24,009 bases of DNA from Candidatus Izemoplasmatales bacterium (GCA_050177605.1 JBFXGX010000026.1:1-24009), one strand, 5' to 3'. Counted from the stretch's first letter, positions 9,040 to 21,306 are shown. A program made the numbers and translations. Notes: generated from the letters alone by a model not told the origin.

Positions 9040-9873
9040 ATGATTTCTTTGCAGATTGAATCGATACTCAAGGAGAAATATTTGTTTGATATTTCTCTCT
9101 TTAGTCCATCCTTTATCGATAAAGTGATTGTTTCAAGAATGAAGCATTTTGGATATGCTCATGTGAATGAATATGAGACAGAACTGCTTTACAATCAAGA
9201 GGAAGTAAAAGATTTCATTGATGCATTACAAATTCCATTCACGTTCTTTTTCAGAAATCCACTTTCTTTTGAAATCTTGTCGAGTCAAATCATTCCATCC
9301 TTGTTCTCCAAGGTAAAAAACGGAAAAGAAATACGAGTATGGTCAGTTGGGTGTTCGACAGGACAAGAAGCGTACTCTCTGGCAATCCTTTTTGAAGAAG
9401 CTGCTAGGCGATTTAATAAACCGATTCCTTACCGTATTTTTGCGTCCGATATCAGTGAAGAATCAATCGAAAAGGCCAAAAGTGGCCTCTACAATGAATC
9501 AGAAATAGGAAATCTGCGATATGACTACATAAAACGATATTTTATGATAGAAATGTCAGAATATTCTGTAAAACCTTTTTTGAGAGAAAAGATTTATTTT
9601 GGTTTTTATAATCTATTAAATGAAAACAAGATGGGACCCGATGATAGTATCTTTGCATCGTTTGATATCGTTATGTGCTCAAATTTACTTTATTATTATA
9701 ACGAAAGTATTCAAGAAAAAATGATTTCTAAATTACTCTACACACTGAATCCTGGTGGGTATTTTCTCACCAGTGATACTGAAAAATATTTAATCAAGGA
9801 TTCAATTGACATCGTTAGTGTTTCTGTGCAATCAGCTGTTTTTCATAAAGTTAAAAGAGGTGATTATCTATGA
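9040..9873 (+). CDS. cheR: CheR-family protein-glutamate O-methyltransferase
   Basis: FTFFFRN, IRVWSVGCSTGQEAYSLA, ASDIS, FDIVMCSNLLYY and LNPGGYF. ATG 9040 follows SD AGGTG; the alternative start is GTG 9031. Confidence 0.9.
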   Translation: MISLQIESILKEKYLFDISLFSPSFIDKVIVSRMKHFGYAHVNEYETELLYNQEEVKDFIDALQIPFTFFFRNPLSFEILSSQIIPSLFSKVKNGKEIRVWSVGCSTGQEAYSLAILFEEAARRFNKPIPYRIFASDISEESIEKAKSGLYNESEIGNLRYDYIKRYFMIEMSEYSVKPFLREKIYFGFYNLLNENKMGPDDSIFASFDIVMCSNLLYYYNESIQEKMISKLLYTLNPGGYFLTSDTEKYLIKDSIDIVSVSVQSAVFHKVKRGDYL

Positions 9874-12818
9874 AAATTAAAGACATCGGAGTTAAAATGC
9901 AATTGACGCTCGTATTTATTATTGTTATCTTTCTTGTTTTAGTCCTTGGAGCTGTTTCAATTACGGAGACAGTACGACTAAACAATGAACTTAAAACGCT
10001 CTACGAACATCCGCTCACCGTGAAACATGCCTACTTTGAAATCAAAAGCGCTGCCCTAGAATCGAGTATCGATATTCGTAACCTGGCTGAAGGACTAGAG
10101 GACGACAAGGAAGTGCTCACCATAAGTTATATCAATATTGACTATTCGGTGATAGACACCTATATTCAAGTACTTTATGATGACTATTTAGGGCCAGTAG
10201 AAGATGTTGATAATCTTCAATACGCCTATGTAGCGTGGAAAAGTTATCGAGATTATACGATTCAGCTGATTCTAGCCGATGATTTTGCTGCTGCGAGAGA
10301 AAGACTTTATGCTGATGAAGTCACTGAAACAAACCGCGTAGCGCTATTTGATGCAATCAAAGTCATTGAAGACTATTCGACGGAAAAAGCGGATTTATTG
10401 TATGCGAACGCACAGCGCCTTAACAACGAATTGATTCTCTTTTTAAGTATACTAATCCTCTTTATTGTGTCGATTAAAATATGGATTAATTCAATCTTAG
10501 TCAAACAAATTACGATTCCTCTTACTGAAATTAAGAACAAAGCACAACTTGCCCTAAACGGAGATTTTTCAATGTCTACTTATGAGTCGAAGAACGAGTT
10601 TGGCGAGTTAAGCGATGCCTTTAATCAAATGATTAGCAGTATTGAAAATAGTATCCTAAAACAAAAACAAGTGAACAAGTTTAATGAAGATATGGTGAAG
10701 GAACAACTTCCTGAGAAAATCTATCAACAAATACTCCTTTCTATCATGGATTTCTCGAATTCACATGTCGGTATTCTCTATGTGAAAGAAAACAATTCCA
10801 AATTACTTAGGGCGAAATCATCCATGGGTATTGAAAAATTCAATTCGTTGACAATATCGACTGATATCATCGAAAAAGAATATGGTATCGCAATGTACTA
10901 TAAAAAACCATATATATTAAAAGATATTCCTTCAGATACAGCGTTACTCATTTCAACCACTTTCCAAAATTTTAATCCAAAAGAAATCTTATCGATTCCA
11001 GTCTATTCCGCTTCTCAATTGATTGCGCTCATCACGCTCGGAAACTATCATCCATTTAAAGAAGATGTGCAAGAGTATCTTGAATCTATTAGTGATTCTA
11101 TTCGCGCTACAATTGAAAGTGCGATGGCCGTTGAAAGAGCCAACCTATATTTATTAGAACTTGAAGATCAAAATCAAGAGCTTGAGTCTCAACAAATGGA
11201 AATAAGTTCTATGAATCAAGAACTCGAACAACAAAATACACTTCTAGAGGTTCAAAAAAAGCAACTAGCAGACGCAAATCTTCATAAAACGAACTTCTTA
11301 TCAACGATGTCTCATGAACTCAGGACTCCGTTAAATAGTGTGATTGCTTTGTCAGGTGTTTTAAAAAGACAACTAGAGGGAAAAATTTCTGAGGAAGATC
11401 ATCAATACATTGAAGTGATAGAACGAAATGGAAAAAACTTACTTTTATTAATCAATGACATTCTTGATATTTCAAGAGTAGAATCAGGAAGAGTAGAAGT
11501 TTTAGTTTCTGAGTTCAATCCATGTGATGCTTTTAATGACTTAGTTTCAAACTTAAGTCAACTTGCAAAACAAAAGAATTTAGAAGTTAAAACCATTTGT
11601 ACAAATCACAAAATAATGGTTGAATCTGATCGTGATAAAATGTCACATATTATGCAAAATTTAATCAGTAATGCGATTAAATTTACTGAAAAAGGAAAAA
11701 TTACGATCGAATTAAGAGATGAGAAAGATCATATTGAAATTATCGTTTCTGATACAGGTATTGGCATCTCTGAAGACCAAATTCCATTCATCTTTGATGA
11801 ATTTAGACAGGCAGACGCGACCACTTCAAGGAAATATGGTGGTACTGGACTCGGCCTTGCGATTGCGAAGAAATATGCGCTTCTTTTAGAAGGAAACATC
11901 AGCGTACAAAGTATATTAGGAAAAGGGACAACTTTCACTTTAACGATTCCAAAGAAGATGAAAGGGAAGAACTATAAAGATGCGAATGTGTATCCAACCC
12001 ATTTTGATTATCATGATAGGTTAAATCATCCTCGTGTTCATGAGAGCAAATCAGTGCTTGTTGTTGATGATAATAAAGAAACCTTGCACCAAATAAAAGA
12101 ACTTCTTGAATCTGAACAATACATGACGCAAACAGCAGTTTCGTATGAAGATGTGATCGCTTATCTTGATAAAGAAACACCAGATTTGATTTTGCTCGAT
12201 TTAATTATTCCGCAAATCAGCGGATTCGAAATACTTAAAAAGCTCAGAGAACGAGAAGAAACGCTCAATACGCCGATATTAATCATGACAGCGAAAGAAA
12301 TATCAGGGAAAGAATTGAAGGAGCTGAAAAAATACGGTGTAGAGCGATTTATTCAAAAGGGCGAACTTACTTCAAATAGTTTCCTCGACACCATTTATAC
12401 CATTTTATTTGATATTGCTAAAGAAGCTCGCCCAATTATCAAACCAGTCAATCAACCCGTTGTTTTGATTGTTGAAGACAACCCAGACAATATGTTAACG
12501 ACAAAAGCATTACTTAAAGGTCAGTATAAAATTGTTGAAGCAACCAATGGTTTAGAAGGGGTTGAACAAGCAAAAAAATACTTGCCTGATCTTATCTTAA
12601 TGGACATTGCATTACCAGTGATGGATGGCATCCAAGCATTTAAGAAAATTCATGAGCTTCCACAATTATCTTCAACACCAGTCATTGCACTTACTGCTAG
12701 CGCGATGCTTCAAGATCGAAGAACAATCCTAGCCCATGGTTTTACAGCATTTATCTCGAAACCGCTCAACGAAAAAGAATTTCTTTCTACGATAGAGGAG
12801 GTACTTTATGGATCGTAA
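9870..12818 (+). CDS. hybrid sensor histidine kinase: TM-four-helix sensor-TM-HAMP-GAF-coiled coil-HisKA-HATPase-REC-REC
   Basis: HAMP (PL...NEFGELSDAFNQM), H-box MSHELRTPL, N-box NLISNAIKFT, DTGIGI, GGTGLGL, and two receiver domains (LILLDL, LILMDI...SKP). Confidence 0.93.
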   Translation: MKIKDIGVKMQLTLVFIIVIFLVLVLGAVSITETVRLNNELKTLYEHPLTVKHAYFEIKSAALESSIDIRNLAEGLEDDKEVLTISYINIDYSVIDTYIQVLYDDYLGPVEDVDNLQYAYVAWKSYRDYTIQLILADDFAAARERLYADEVTETNRVALFDAIKVIEDYSTEKADLLYANAQRLNNELILFLSILILFIVSIKIWINSILVKQITIPLTEIKNKAQLALNGDFSMSTYESKNEFGELSDAFNQMISSIENSILKQKQVNKFNEDMVKEQLPEKIYQQILLSIMDFSNSHVGILYVKENNSKLLRAKSSMGIEKFNSLTISTDIIEKEYGIAMYYKKPYILKDIPSDTALLISTTFQNFNPKEILSIPVYSASQLIALITLGNYHPFKEDVQEYLESISDSIRATIESAMAVERANLYLLELEDQNQELESQQMEISSMNQELEQQNTLLEVQKKQLADANLHKTNFLSTMSHELRTPLNSVIALSGVLKRQLEGKISEEDHQYIEVIERNGKNLLLLINDILDISRVESGRVEVLVSEFNPCDAFNDLVSNLSQLAKQKNLEVKTICTNHKIMVESDRDKMSHIMQNLISNAIKFTEKGKITIELRDEKDHIEIIVSDTGIGISEDQIPFIFDEFRQADATTSRKYGGTGLGLAIAKKYALLLEGNISVQSILGKGTTFTLTIPKKMKGKNYKDANVYPTHFDYHDRLNHPRVHESKSVLVVDDNKETLHQIKELLESEQYMTQTAVSYEDVIAYLDKETPDLILLDLIIPQISGFEILKKLREREETLNTPILIMTAKEISGKELKELKKYGVERFIQKGELTSNSFLDTIYTILFDIAKEARPIIKPVNQPVVLIVEDNPDNMLTTKALLKGQYKIVEATNGLEGVEQAKKYLPDLILMDIALPVMDGIQAFKKIHELPQLSSTPVIALTASAMLQDRRTILAHGFTAFISKPLNEKEFLSTIEEVLYGS

Positions 12819-14733
12819 AAGAGTGATTGTCGCAATCGATGACTTAGAAGATAATCTCATTAGTATTAGTGCATTACTAAAGGAATATTTTCCTGATGTT
12901 GAGATAAAAACCGCTCAAAGTGGTTTAAATGGATTAGAACTCATCGATTCATTGATACCAGATGTTATATTGCTAGATATATATATGCCAAATATGGATG
13001 GGTTTCAAGTATGTACAAGAGTAAAAAATAATCCAAATACAAAAGATATTCCCGTAGTTATTATTACCGCCAATAAAGGTGACCATGAGATCCGCGTAAA
13101 GGCGCTTGATTGCGGTGCTGAAGCCTTCCTTTCAAAACCAATTGATACGTCTGAGTTTATTGCCCAAGTTCGCTCCATGTTAAAAATCAGTGAAGCCAGT
13201 CGTGCAAGGAAGACGGAAAATGAACGATTAACTTTATTAGTAGATGAACAAACAAGGGATTTACGAAGTGCACACTTAAAAACGCTGCATTTGATGGATA
13301 AGTTGAAAGCTGAGAACGAGCATCGAATCAAGACTGAAAAGAATTTGCTTGAAGCACAGCGAATTGCCAAAATGGCTAGTTTTGAGTATCATCCTACAAG
13401 CGAAAAACTAGCGTGGACTATCGAGGCGAAGGAATTATTTCAAGTTGATTCCATGGATTCAATCGATACCCTTGAAAAAACATGGTCATTTTTACATCAT
13501 GATGATTTGTTGGTCATAGATGAAGTAAAAGAACAAATAAAAAACAAACAAACCTTCTTCCAAATCATGGTCAGAAATATCAGAAAAGGGAAAGTGGTGT
13601 TCTTTGACGCTAGGTTCTCGGTTGTTTATAATGGCGATGATGTTGAAGAAATCAAAGGAACTTTCCAAGACGTAACAAAACAAGTTGAGGATGAACAAAA
13701 ATTGGTTTTTCTTAGCGAACATGATTATTTGACGTCTTTATATAATCGGATGTATTTTGAAGAAAAATTAAGTTCTTACGATCGCGCAGAATACTATCCA
13801 CTATCCATCGTGATGGCTGATGTCAATGGACTAAAGATGATTAATGATTCTTTTGGACACTCGACAGGCGATGAGATATTAATATCAACAGCAAAAATAT
13901 TAAGTCAACATGCACGAAGTAGAGGGATTGCCGCAAGGCTTGGAGGCGATGAATTCGTTATCATCATGCCTCGCTGTGATGAAGATGAAATTGAAAGTTT
14001 GATTGTGGATATGCAAAGTGCCTCAAACGAACCAGGAGAACATTTATTGCCATTGAGCGTTTCCTATGGTTATGCAACAAAAAGATATGTACATGAAAAA
14101 ATGAGCTTGATTCTAAAACGTGCTGAAGACGATATGTATCGACATAAGATTACCGAAAGTAGTTCAATGCGTTCAAAATCCGTGGATTTAATTCTCAATG
14201 CCTTATTCGCTAAAAGTCCAAGAGAAATGAACCATTCGAAACGAGTGAGTGAGATTTGTGAACGAATTGCGAAAGAGCTTTATACAAATCAAAATGATAT
14301 CAACCAAATTCGAATCGCTGGATTACTACACGATATCGGAAAAATTGGCATTGATGAACATATCTTAAATAAAAACGGAAAGTTAACTGTAGAAGAATTC
14401 AATGAAGTGAAAAAGCACTCTGAGATCGGGTATCGGATTTTAAGTAGTGTCAATGAGTTCTCTGAACTATCAAGATATGTACTTGAACATCATGAAAAAA
14501 ATGATGGAACCGGCTATCCTAATGGACTCTATGATAAACAAATAAGTAAGCAAGCAAAGATTATCTCTGTCGCCGATGCCTATGACGCCATGACAAGTGA
14601 TCGGACATACAGAAAAGGACTTTCAGTTGATGAAGCAGTCGACGAATTATTAAGGTATACCAATACGCAGTTTGATCAAGAAATCGTGAAAGTATTCGTA
14701 GAAAAAGTCTTAAAACATGATTTTCACTTTTAG
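12808..14733 (+). CDS. response regulator REC-PAS-GGDEF-HD-GYP
   Basis: REC (IDD, ILLDIYMP, SKP), PAS-like region, RLGGDEF, LHDIGK, HHEKNDGTGYP and ADAYDAMTSDRTYR. Confidence 0.92.
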   Translation: MDRKRVIVAIDDLEDNLISISALLKEYFPDVEIKTAQSGLNGLELIDSLIPDVILLDIYMPNMDGFQVCTRVKNNPNTKDIPVVIITANKGDHEIRVKALDCGAEAFLSKPIDTSEFIAQVRSMLKISEASRARKTENERLTLLVDEQTRDLRSAHLKTLHLMDKLKAENEHRIKTEKNLLEAQRIAKMASFEYHPTSEKLAWTIEAKELFQVDSMDSIDTLEKTWSFLHHDDLLVIDEVKEQIKNKQTFFQIMVRNIRKGKVVFFDARFSVVYNGDDVEEIKGTFQDVTKQVEDEQKLVFLSEHDYLTSLYNRMYFEEKLSSYDRAEYYPLSIVMADVNGLKMINDSFGHSTGDEILISTAKILSQHARSRGIAARLGGDEFVIIMPRCDEDEIESLIVDMQSASNEPGEHLLPLSVSYGYATKRYVHEKMSLILKRAEDDMYRHKITESSSMRSKSVDLILNALFAKSPREMNHSKRVSEICERIAKELYTNQNDINQIRIAGLLHDIGKIGIDEHILNKNGKLTVEEFNEVKKHSEIGYRILSSVNEFSELSRYVLEHHEKNDGTGYPNGLYDKQISKQAKIISVADAYDAMTSDRTYRKGLSVDEAVDELLRYTNTQFDQEIVKVFVEKVLKHDFHF

Positions 14734-14766
14734 AAGGAGAGATATCTCTCCTTTTTTTATTTTTTT
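14734..14766 (+). terminator. intrinsic terminator
   Basis: Perfect palindrome AAGGAGAGATATCTCTCCTT followed by a T tract. Confidence 0.85.
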
Positions 14767-14773
14767 AAATAAA

Positions 14774-14800
14774 TTAGCACTCAATGCTTGACTTTGCTAA
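14774..14800. promoter_or_regulatory. CIRCE element 1 (HrcA operator), overlapping the -35
   Basis: TTAGCACTC-N9-ctTTGCTAA-like right arm (CTTTGCTAA versus the consensus GAGTGCTAA). Confidence 0.8.
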
Positions 14801-14816
14801 ATGGAGTGTGTATAAT
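14788..14816 (+). promoter_or_regulatory. sigma-A promoter of the dnaK operon
   Basis: TTGACT (14788-14793), 17-bp spacer, TATAAT (14811-14816). Confidence 0.9.
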
Positions 14817-14820
14817 AATG

Positions 14821-14847
14821 TTAGCATTCAAAACGTAGGAGTGCTAA
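14821..14847. promoter_or_regulatory. CIRCE element 2
   Basis: TTAGCATTC-N9-GAGTGCTAA, one mismatch to the consensus. Confidence 0.93.
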
Positions 14848-14860
14848 AGGGGTGAAGCTC

Positions 14861-15874
14861 GTGTTAACAGAACGTCAAGAAATGGTATTAAAATTGATTG
14901 TAGATGAATATATCAAAACTGCTGAACCAATCGGTTCAAGAAGTCTTTCTAAGTTTATGGATGTATCCCCTGCGACGATTCGAAATGAGATGTCTGATCT
15001 TGAAGATTTAGGGTACATTGAGAAGACGCATACGTCAAGTGGTCGCGTTCCTTCAGAAAAAGGATATCGCTATTATATTGAAACGATTATCAAAAACGTA
15101 GACGATGAAACTGATGGTTATTTTGAGTTTGAAAAACTTTTTGAAAATAAAGAAATTGAACGTGACGAACTGATTAAAGAAGCAATCAACTTATTATCTG
15201 AAGCGACAAACTGTACAGCAATCTCTCTTGGACCAAATGCCTTTCATTCGAAAGTAAAAAAAGTCCAATTAATCCCTTTAACCCCTCAACAAGCTTTAAT
15301 CCTCGTGATAACGAATTTTGGATATGTTGAATCAAAACAAATCGCTATTTCCGAAGATATGGAAATTGAAGAACTTGTGAAAGTTATCGACTTACTGAAT
15401 GAAATATTACGTGACACACCGATTTCTCAAGTTAGTGAAAAATTACATTACGAGATTCAACATCAACACATTAAAGAACTAATTAAGTATCGTGAAACAA
15501 TCGTTGATTCCTTTATTGAAGCGTTCTCGAAATTTGCTCAATCAAGATACTATTTAACTGGACAATCCAATATGCTGTATCAACCTGAATTCAATGATAT
15601 TCAAAAGTTAAGAGAGTTCATCTCTACCATTGAGAATAACGAGATTTTCAAACTCGTCGAAACGAATGCGGATGGTATTAGTGTTAAAATTGGGACTGAA
15701 AACAACTTGACAGCAATGCAAGATTGTACAGTCGTCTCCTCAACATACACCGCAAAAGATGGCGAAAAAGGAACCATTAGTTTAGTAGGACCAACAAGAA
15801 TGGAATACAGGAAAGTGATTCCACTCATCCAATATATTGCAAAGCATATTACAAAACTATATCAAGAAGAATAA
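14861..15874 (+). CDS. hrcA: heat-inducible transcription repressor HrcA
   Basis: MLTERQ start (GTG 14861 after AGGGGTG; alternative 14852), EPIGSR, SPATIRNEM, HTSSGRVPS and GPTRMEY. Confidence 0.96.
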   Translation: MLTERQEMVLKLIVDEYIKTAEPIGSRSLSKFMDVSPATIRNEMSDLEDLGYIEKTHTSSGRVPSEKGYRYYIETIIKNVDDETDGYFEFEKLFENKEIERDELIKEAINLLSEATNCTAISLGPNAFHSKVKKVQLIPLTPQQALILVITNFGYVESKQIAISEDMEIEELVKVIDLLNEILRDTPISQVSEKLHYEIQHQHIKELIKYRETIVDSFIEAFSKFAQSRYYLTGQSNMLYQPEFNDIQKLREFISTIENNEIFKLVETNADGISVKIGTENNLTAMQDCTVVSSTYTAKDGEKGTISLVGPTRMEYRKVIPLIQYIAKHITKLYQEE

Positions 15875-15883
15875 GGAGTAAGA

Positions 15884-18327
<2,444 letters not shown>

Positions 18328-18332
18328 TAAGG

Positions 18333-18355
18333 AAAAAAGCAGGAAACTGCTTTTT
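18333..18355 (+). terminator. intra-operon hairpin/terminator between dnaK and dnaJ
   Basis: AAAAAGCAG-GAAA-CTGCTTTTT. Confidence 0.7.
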
Positions 18356-18375
18356 GACCTATTTAGAGGTGAAGT

Positions 18376-19497
18376 ATGGATAAACGTGATTACTATGAGG
18401 TCCTAGGTGTTTCAAAAACAGCTAGTGACGATGAAATAAAAAAAGCTTACCGTGGTTTAGCAAAGAAATATCATCCAGATGTTTCAAGCGAAAGCAATGC
18501 AGAAGCTAAATTTAAAGAAGTTCAAGAAGCATATGATGTTTTATCGGACTCCACTAAACGTAGTCAATATGACCAATTCGGCCATGCAGGAATGAATGGC
18601 GGATTTGGCGGAGCTGGAGGCTTTAATGGCGCTGGCTTTGAAAACTTTGATTTTGGTGATATTTTCTCTGCCTTTTTTGGAGGAGGAGCGAGAAGTGGTG
18701 GAAATCAACGTAACCGCCCACGAAAGGGATCGGATATACAACGTCGCATGACCATTACTTTTGAAGAAAGTATTTTTGGAAAAAAAGAAGTGATTAAAGT
18801 TCCTACCTTTGATGAATGTCATGTTTGTCATGGAAGTGGCGCTGCATCTTCAAAAGATATCCATACTTGTTCAAGATGCCATGGTAGCGGATTTGTGACT
18901 GTAGAACAACAATCCCTCTTTGGTAGAACACAAACCAGAACAGCTTGTCCTGTTTGTGGTGGTAGTGGAAAAGAGATTACGAACAAATGTTCCAATTGTC
19001 ATGGAGATGGCGTTGAACGAGTCACGAAAGAAGTTGAAATTAAAGTTCCTGAGGGAATTGAAACTGGCCAACAAATTCGTCTTGAAGGTTATGGCAATAA
19101 AGGCAGTAATGGTGGACCGAATGGTGATTTATATATTGTCTTTGAAGTGAGTTCTTCAAACACCTACACGAGAGAAGGCGACGATTTAATTGTCGAAGTT
19201 GAGATTTCATTCTCACAAGCCGCACTCGGTGATGAAATTGAAGTACCAACAGTTTATGGCAATGTTTTATTAAAAATTCCAAGTGGTACGCAGTCAAAAA
19301 CGAAATTTAGACTTCGTGGTAAAGGTGCACCAAACGTAAGAACGAAACAAAAAGGTGATGAGCACGTGATTGTCAATGTTCAAACACCAACGAAACTGAA
19401 TAACGAACAAAAGAAATTATTTGAACAATTAGCACGTCTTGATGATTCAGTTAAGTCGAGATTTAGAAAGTTCAAACCAAGTTTTTTAAAACGATAA
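18376..19497 (+). CDS. dnaJ: chaperone DnaJ
   Basis: J-domain HPD, G/F-rich region and four CxxCxGxG repeats. Confidence 0.98.
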   Translation: MDKRDYYEVLGVSKTASDDEIKKAYRGLAKKYHPDVSSESNAEAKFKEVQEAYDVLSDSTKRSQYDQFGHAGMNGGFGGAGGFNGAGFENFDFGDIFSAFFGGGARSGGNQRNRPRKGSDIQRRMTITFEESIFGKKEVIKVPTFDECHVCHGSGAASSKDIHTCSRCHGSGFVTVEQQSLFGRTQTRTACPVCGGSGKEITNKCSNCHGDGVERVTKEVEIKVPEGIETGQQIRLEGYGNKGSNGGPNGDLYIVFEVSSSNTYTREGDDLIVEVEISFSQAALGDEIEVPTVYGNVLLKIPSGTQSKTKFRLRGKGAPNVRTKQKGDEHVIVNVQTPTKLNNEQKKLFEQLARLDDSVKSRFRKFKPSFLKR

Positions 19498-19523
19498 AAA
19501 AAGGATGAGAAATCATCCTTTTT
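19496..19523. terminator. bidirectional terminator
   Basis: AAAAAGGATGA-GAAA-TCATCCTTTTT between convergent genes. Confidence 0.88.
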
Positions 19524-19529
19524 GTTTGG

Positions 19530-20330
19530 TTATAACGGTAAGTCTTTTTTCATAAAGATGCGAATACCAATCAAATACAGGCAGAAACCGCTCAAAATAA
19601 AGATACTGAAGTAAATCCAAATCAATGTGCTACCTTCTAGCCAATCATTCGCGTTATACATTGAAAGCGCCGTTGCGTAGCGGAAAAATGATAACTTATC
19701 ACTCGCTCCTGCAAGCATATTAATAATGAAGAAAGCAATCGGAATTCCTGCGCCAAACGACAAACTGTATTTCGTCTCATTAAAAATGGCAGAAGCGGCA
19801 AACGTAATTGAAGTAATTAAGAAGCTGTATCCAATCAATCCTAGATTGATATAGATGAACTTCTTCAGTTCTAAAAGTCCTGGGAATAATGTTGAAGCGA
19901 GTATGAATCCAATCATATCGACAACGATAATTAATAATGTAGTCGAAAGGAATAGATAAACAGCTTGGGTGATGGCAATTTTTTTTCTTGTATTTGGCGA
20001 TGCTAGAAGATACGACATGGAACCTGAATCGACAAAACTAGCAACGAGTCTATTTCCGACGATGATAATGTATATCATTGGGAAAATAATCATGATAAAA
20101 CCAAAAAGATAACCACTAATAAAACCAACCAAGGAATAATCAGTCAGTGAAAAATGAAGCGCGTCCATTAACTCTCTAGGAAACATATCTAACATTCCGG
20201 CAAAGACATCTGCGTTATTTGGATCATAGATACCAATAATCATAGTATAGTACATTGTCATCACTGCTAAAAATATAATCCAGACACCTTTATTCATTTT
20301 GAAGTTCATTCGTAGAAGATGCTTATTCAT
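19530..20330 (-). CDS. ABC-2 type exporter permease
   Basis: About 6 TM segments, DSGSMSYLLASPNTR and a C-terminal KKDLPL. The start is probably ATG 20330 after SD GGTGA, overlapping the ATPase stop. Confidence 0.85.
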   Translation of the reverse strand: MNKHLLRMNFKMNKGVWIIFLAVMTMYYTMIIGIYDPNNADVFAGMLDMFPRELMDALHFSLTDYSLVGFISGYLFGFIMIIFPMIYIIIVGNRLVASFVDSGSMSYLLASPNTRKKIAITQAVYLFLSTTLLIIVVDMIGFILASTLFPGLLELKKFIYINLGLIGYSFLITSITFAASAIFNETKYSLSFGAGIPIAFFIINMLAGASDKLSFFRYATALSMYNANDWLEGSTLIWIYFSIFILSGFCLYLIGIRIFMKKDLPL

Positions 20331-21210
20331 GAAGATCACCGTCCTTGTAGTAATTCATAAAGATATCTTCAAGATTTTGTGTTGGAATATCAATCGATTT
20401 CACTTTCACTTGTGTTAAAAACGAAAGAAAATCGTTGATATCTCCTGTAACGAAAATGAGGTATTGATTCTCAGCTTTTTTTGTAGCTTCATACATTGAC
20501 TTTTCGATGATGTCTGCATCCTTTTTACCTTCCACTTGAACAAGAAAAGCTATCCGCTTTTGAGTTTTCAGTTTATTGATATCTTCAAGTGCCACTTTTT
20601 CGCCTTCCTTAATGATTAAGGCGCGGTCACAGGTACGCTCAATTTCTTCGAAACTATGTGAAGACATAAGAATTGTTTTTCCTAGTTTCTTTTCCTTTAA
20701 AATTAATTCAACGAACTTTGTTTGCATGAGTGGATCAAGGCCACTTGTTGGTTCGTCAAGAATTAATATCTCGGGATTATGCATAAAAGCAGCGACAATC
20801 GCCAGTTTTTGTTTCATTCCTTTCGACATTTTCTTAATTCGTCCCGAAAGGTCTAAATCAAGAAATTTTATCAGCTCTTCGCGTTTCGTGAAATCTTTCA
20901 TTTCTCTCATTCTCGATAAAAAATCAAGAAATTCAAGTCCAGTCATTGAATTAAAAAAAGCAATTTCTCCTGGTAAATAACCAAGTTGTTCTTGAATTTT
21001 AGAGGCTTCTTGAAAACAGTCTAGACCGTTGATATAGACATGCCCCTCCTGTGGTTTTAAGAAACCAAGCAAATGACGTATTGTTGTGGTTTTTCCAGCC
21101 CCATTCGGACCGATGAATCCAAATACCTCTCCTTTTTTGACATCAAAAGAGAGATGAAAGACCCCTTTTTTTGGGCCATAAGATTTGGTGAGATTTTCTA
21201 CTGTAATCAT
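20323..21210 (-). CDS. ABC exporter ATP-binding protein
   Basis: GPNGAGKTT, MSKGMKQK, ILDEPTSGLDP and SSH. Confidence 0.92.
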   Translation of the reverse strand: MITVENLTKSYGPKKGVFHLSFDVKKGEVFGFIGPNGAGKTTTIRHLLGFLKPQEGHVYINGLDCFQEASKIQEQLGYLPGEIAFFNSMTGLEFLDFLSRMREMKDFTKREELIKFLDLDLSGRIKKMSKGMKQKLAIVAAFMHNPEILILDEPTSGLDPLMQTKFVELILKEKKLGKTILMSSHSFEEIERTCDRALIIKEGEKVALEDINKLKTQKRIAFLVQVEGKKDADIIEKSMYEATKKAENQYLIFVTGDINDFLSFLTQVKVKSIDIPTQNLEDIFMNYYKDGDLHE

Positions 21211-21234
21211 TAGAATCCCTTCTTTCTAATCATA

Positions 21235-21263
21235 ATCGTATCACCGCGGCACTCAAATGTCAA
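21235..21263 (-). promoter_or_regulatory. sigma-A promoter of the ABC exporter
   Basis: Minus strand TTGACA, 17-bp spacer, TGaTACGAT. Confidence 0.8.
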
Positions 21264-21306
21264 AGTGAACTTTGTTTTTTATAAAAATGAATTTTTGATT
21301 GTAGTA

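Noticed and set aside
4816..14770. Signalling block as a mobile element or genomic island
   Set aside because: I saw no integrase, transposase, tRNA or flanking direct repeats, and a compositional shift could not be computed.
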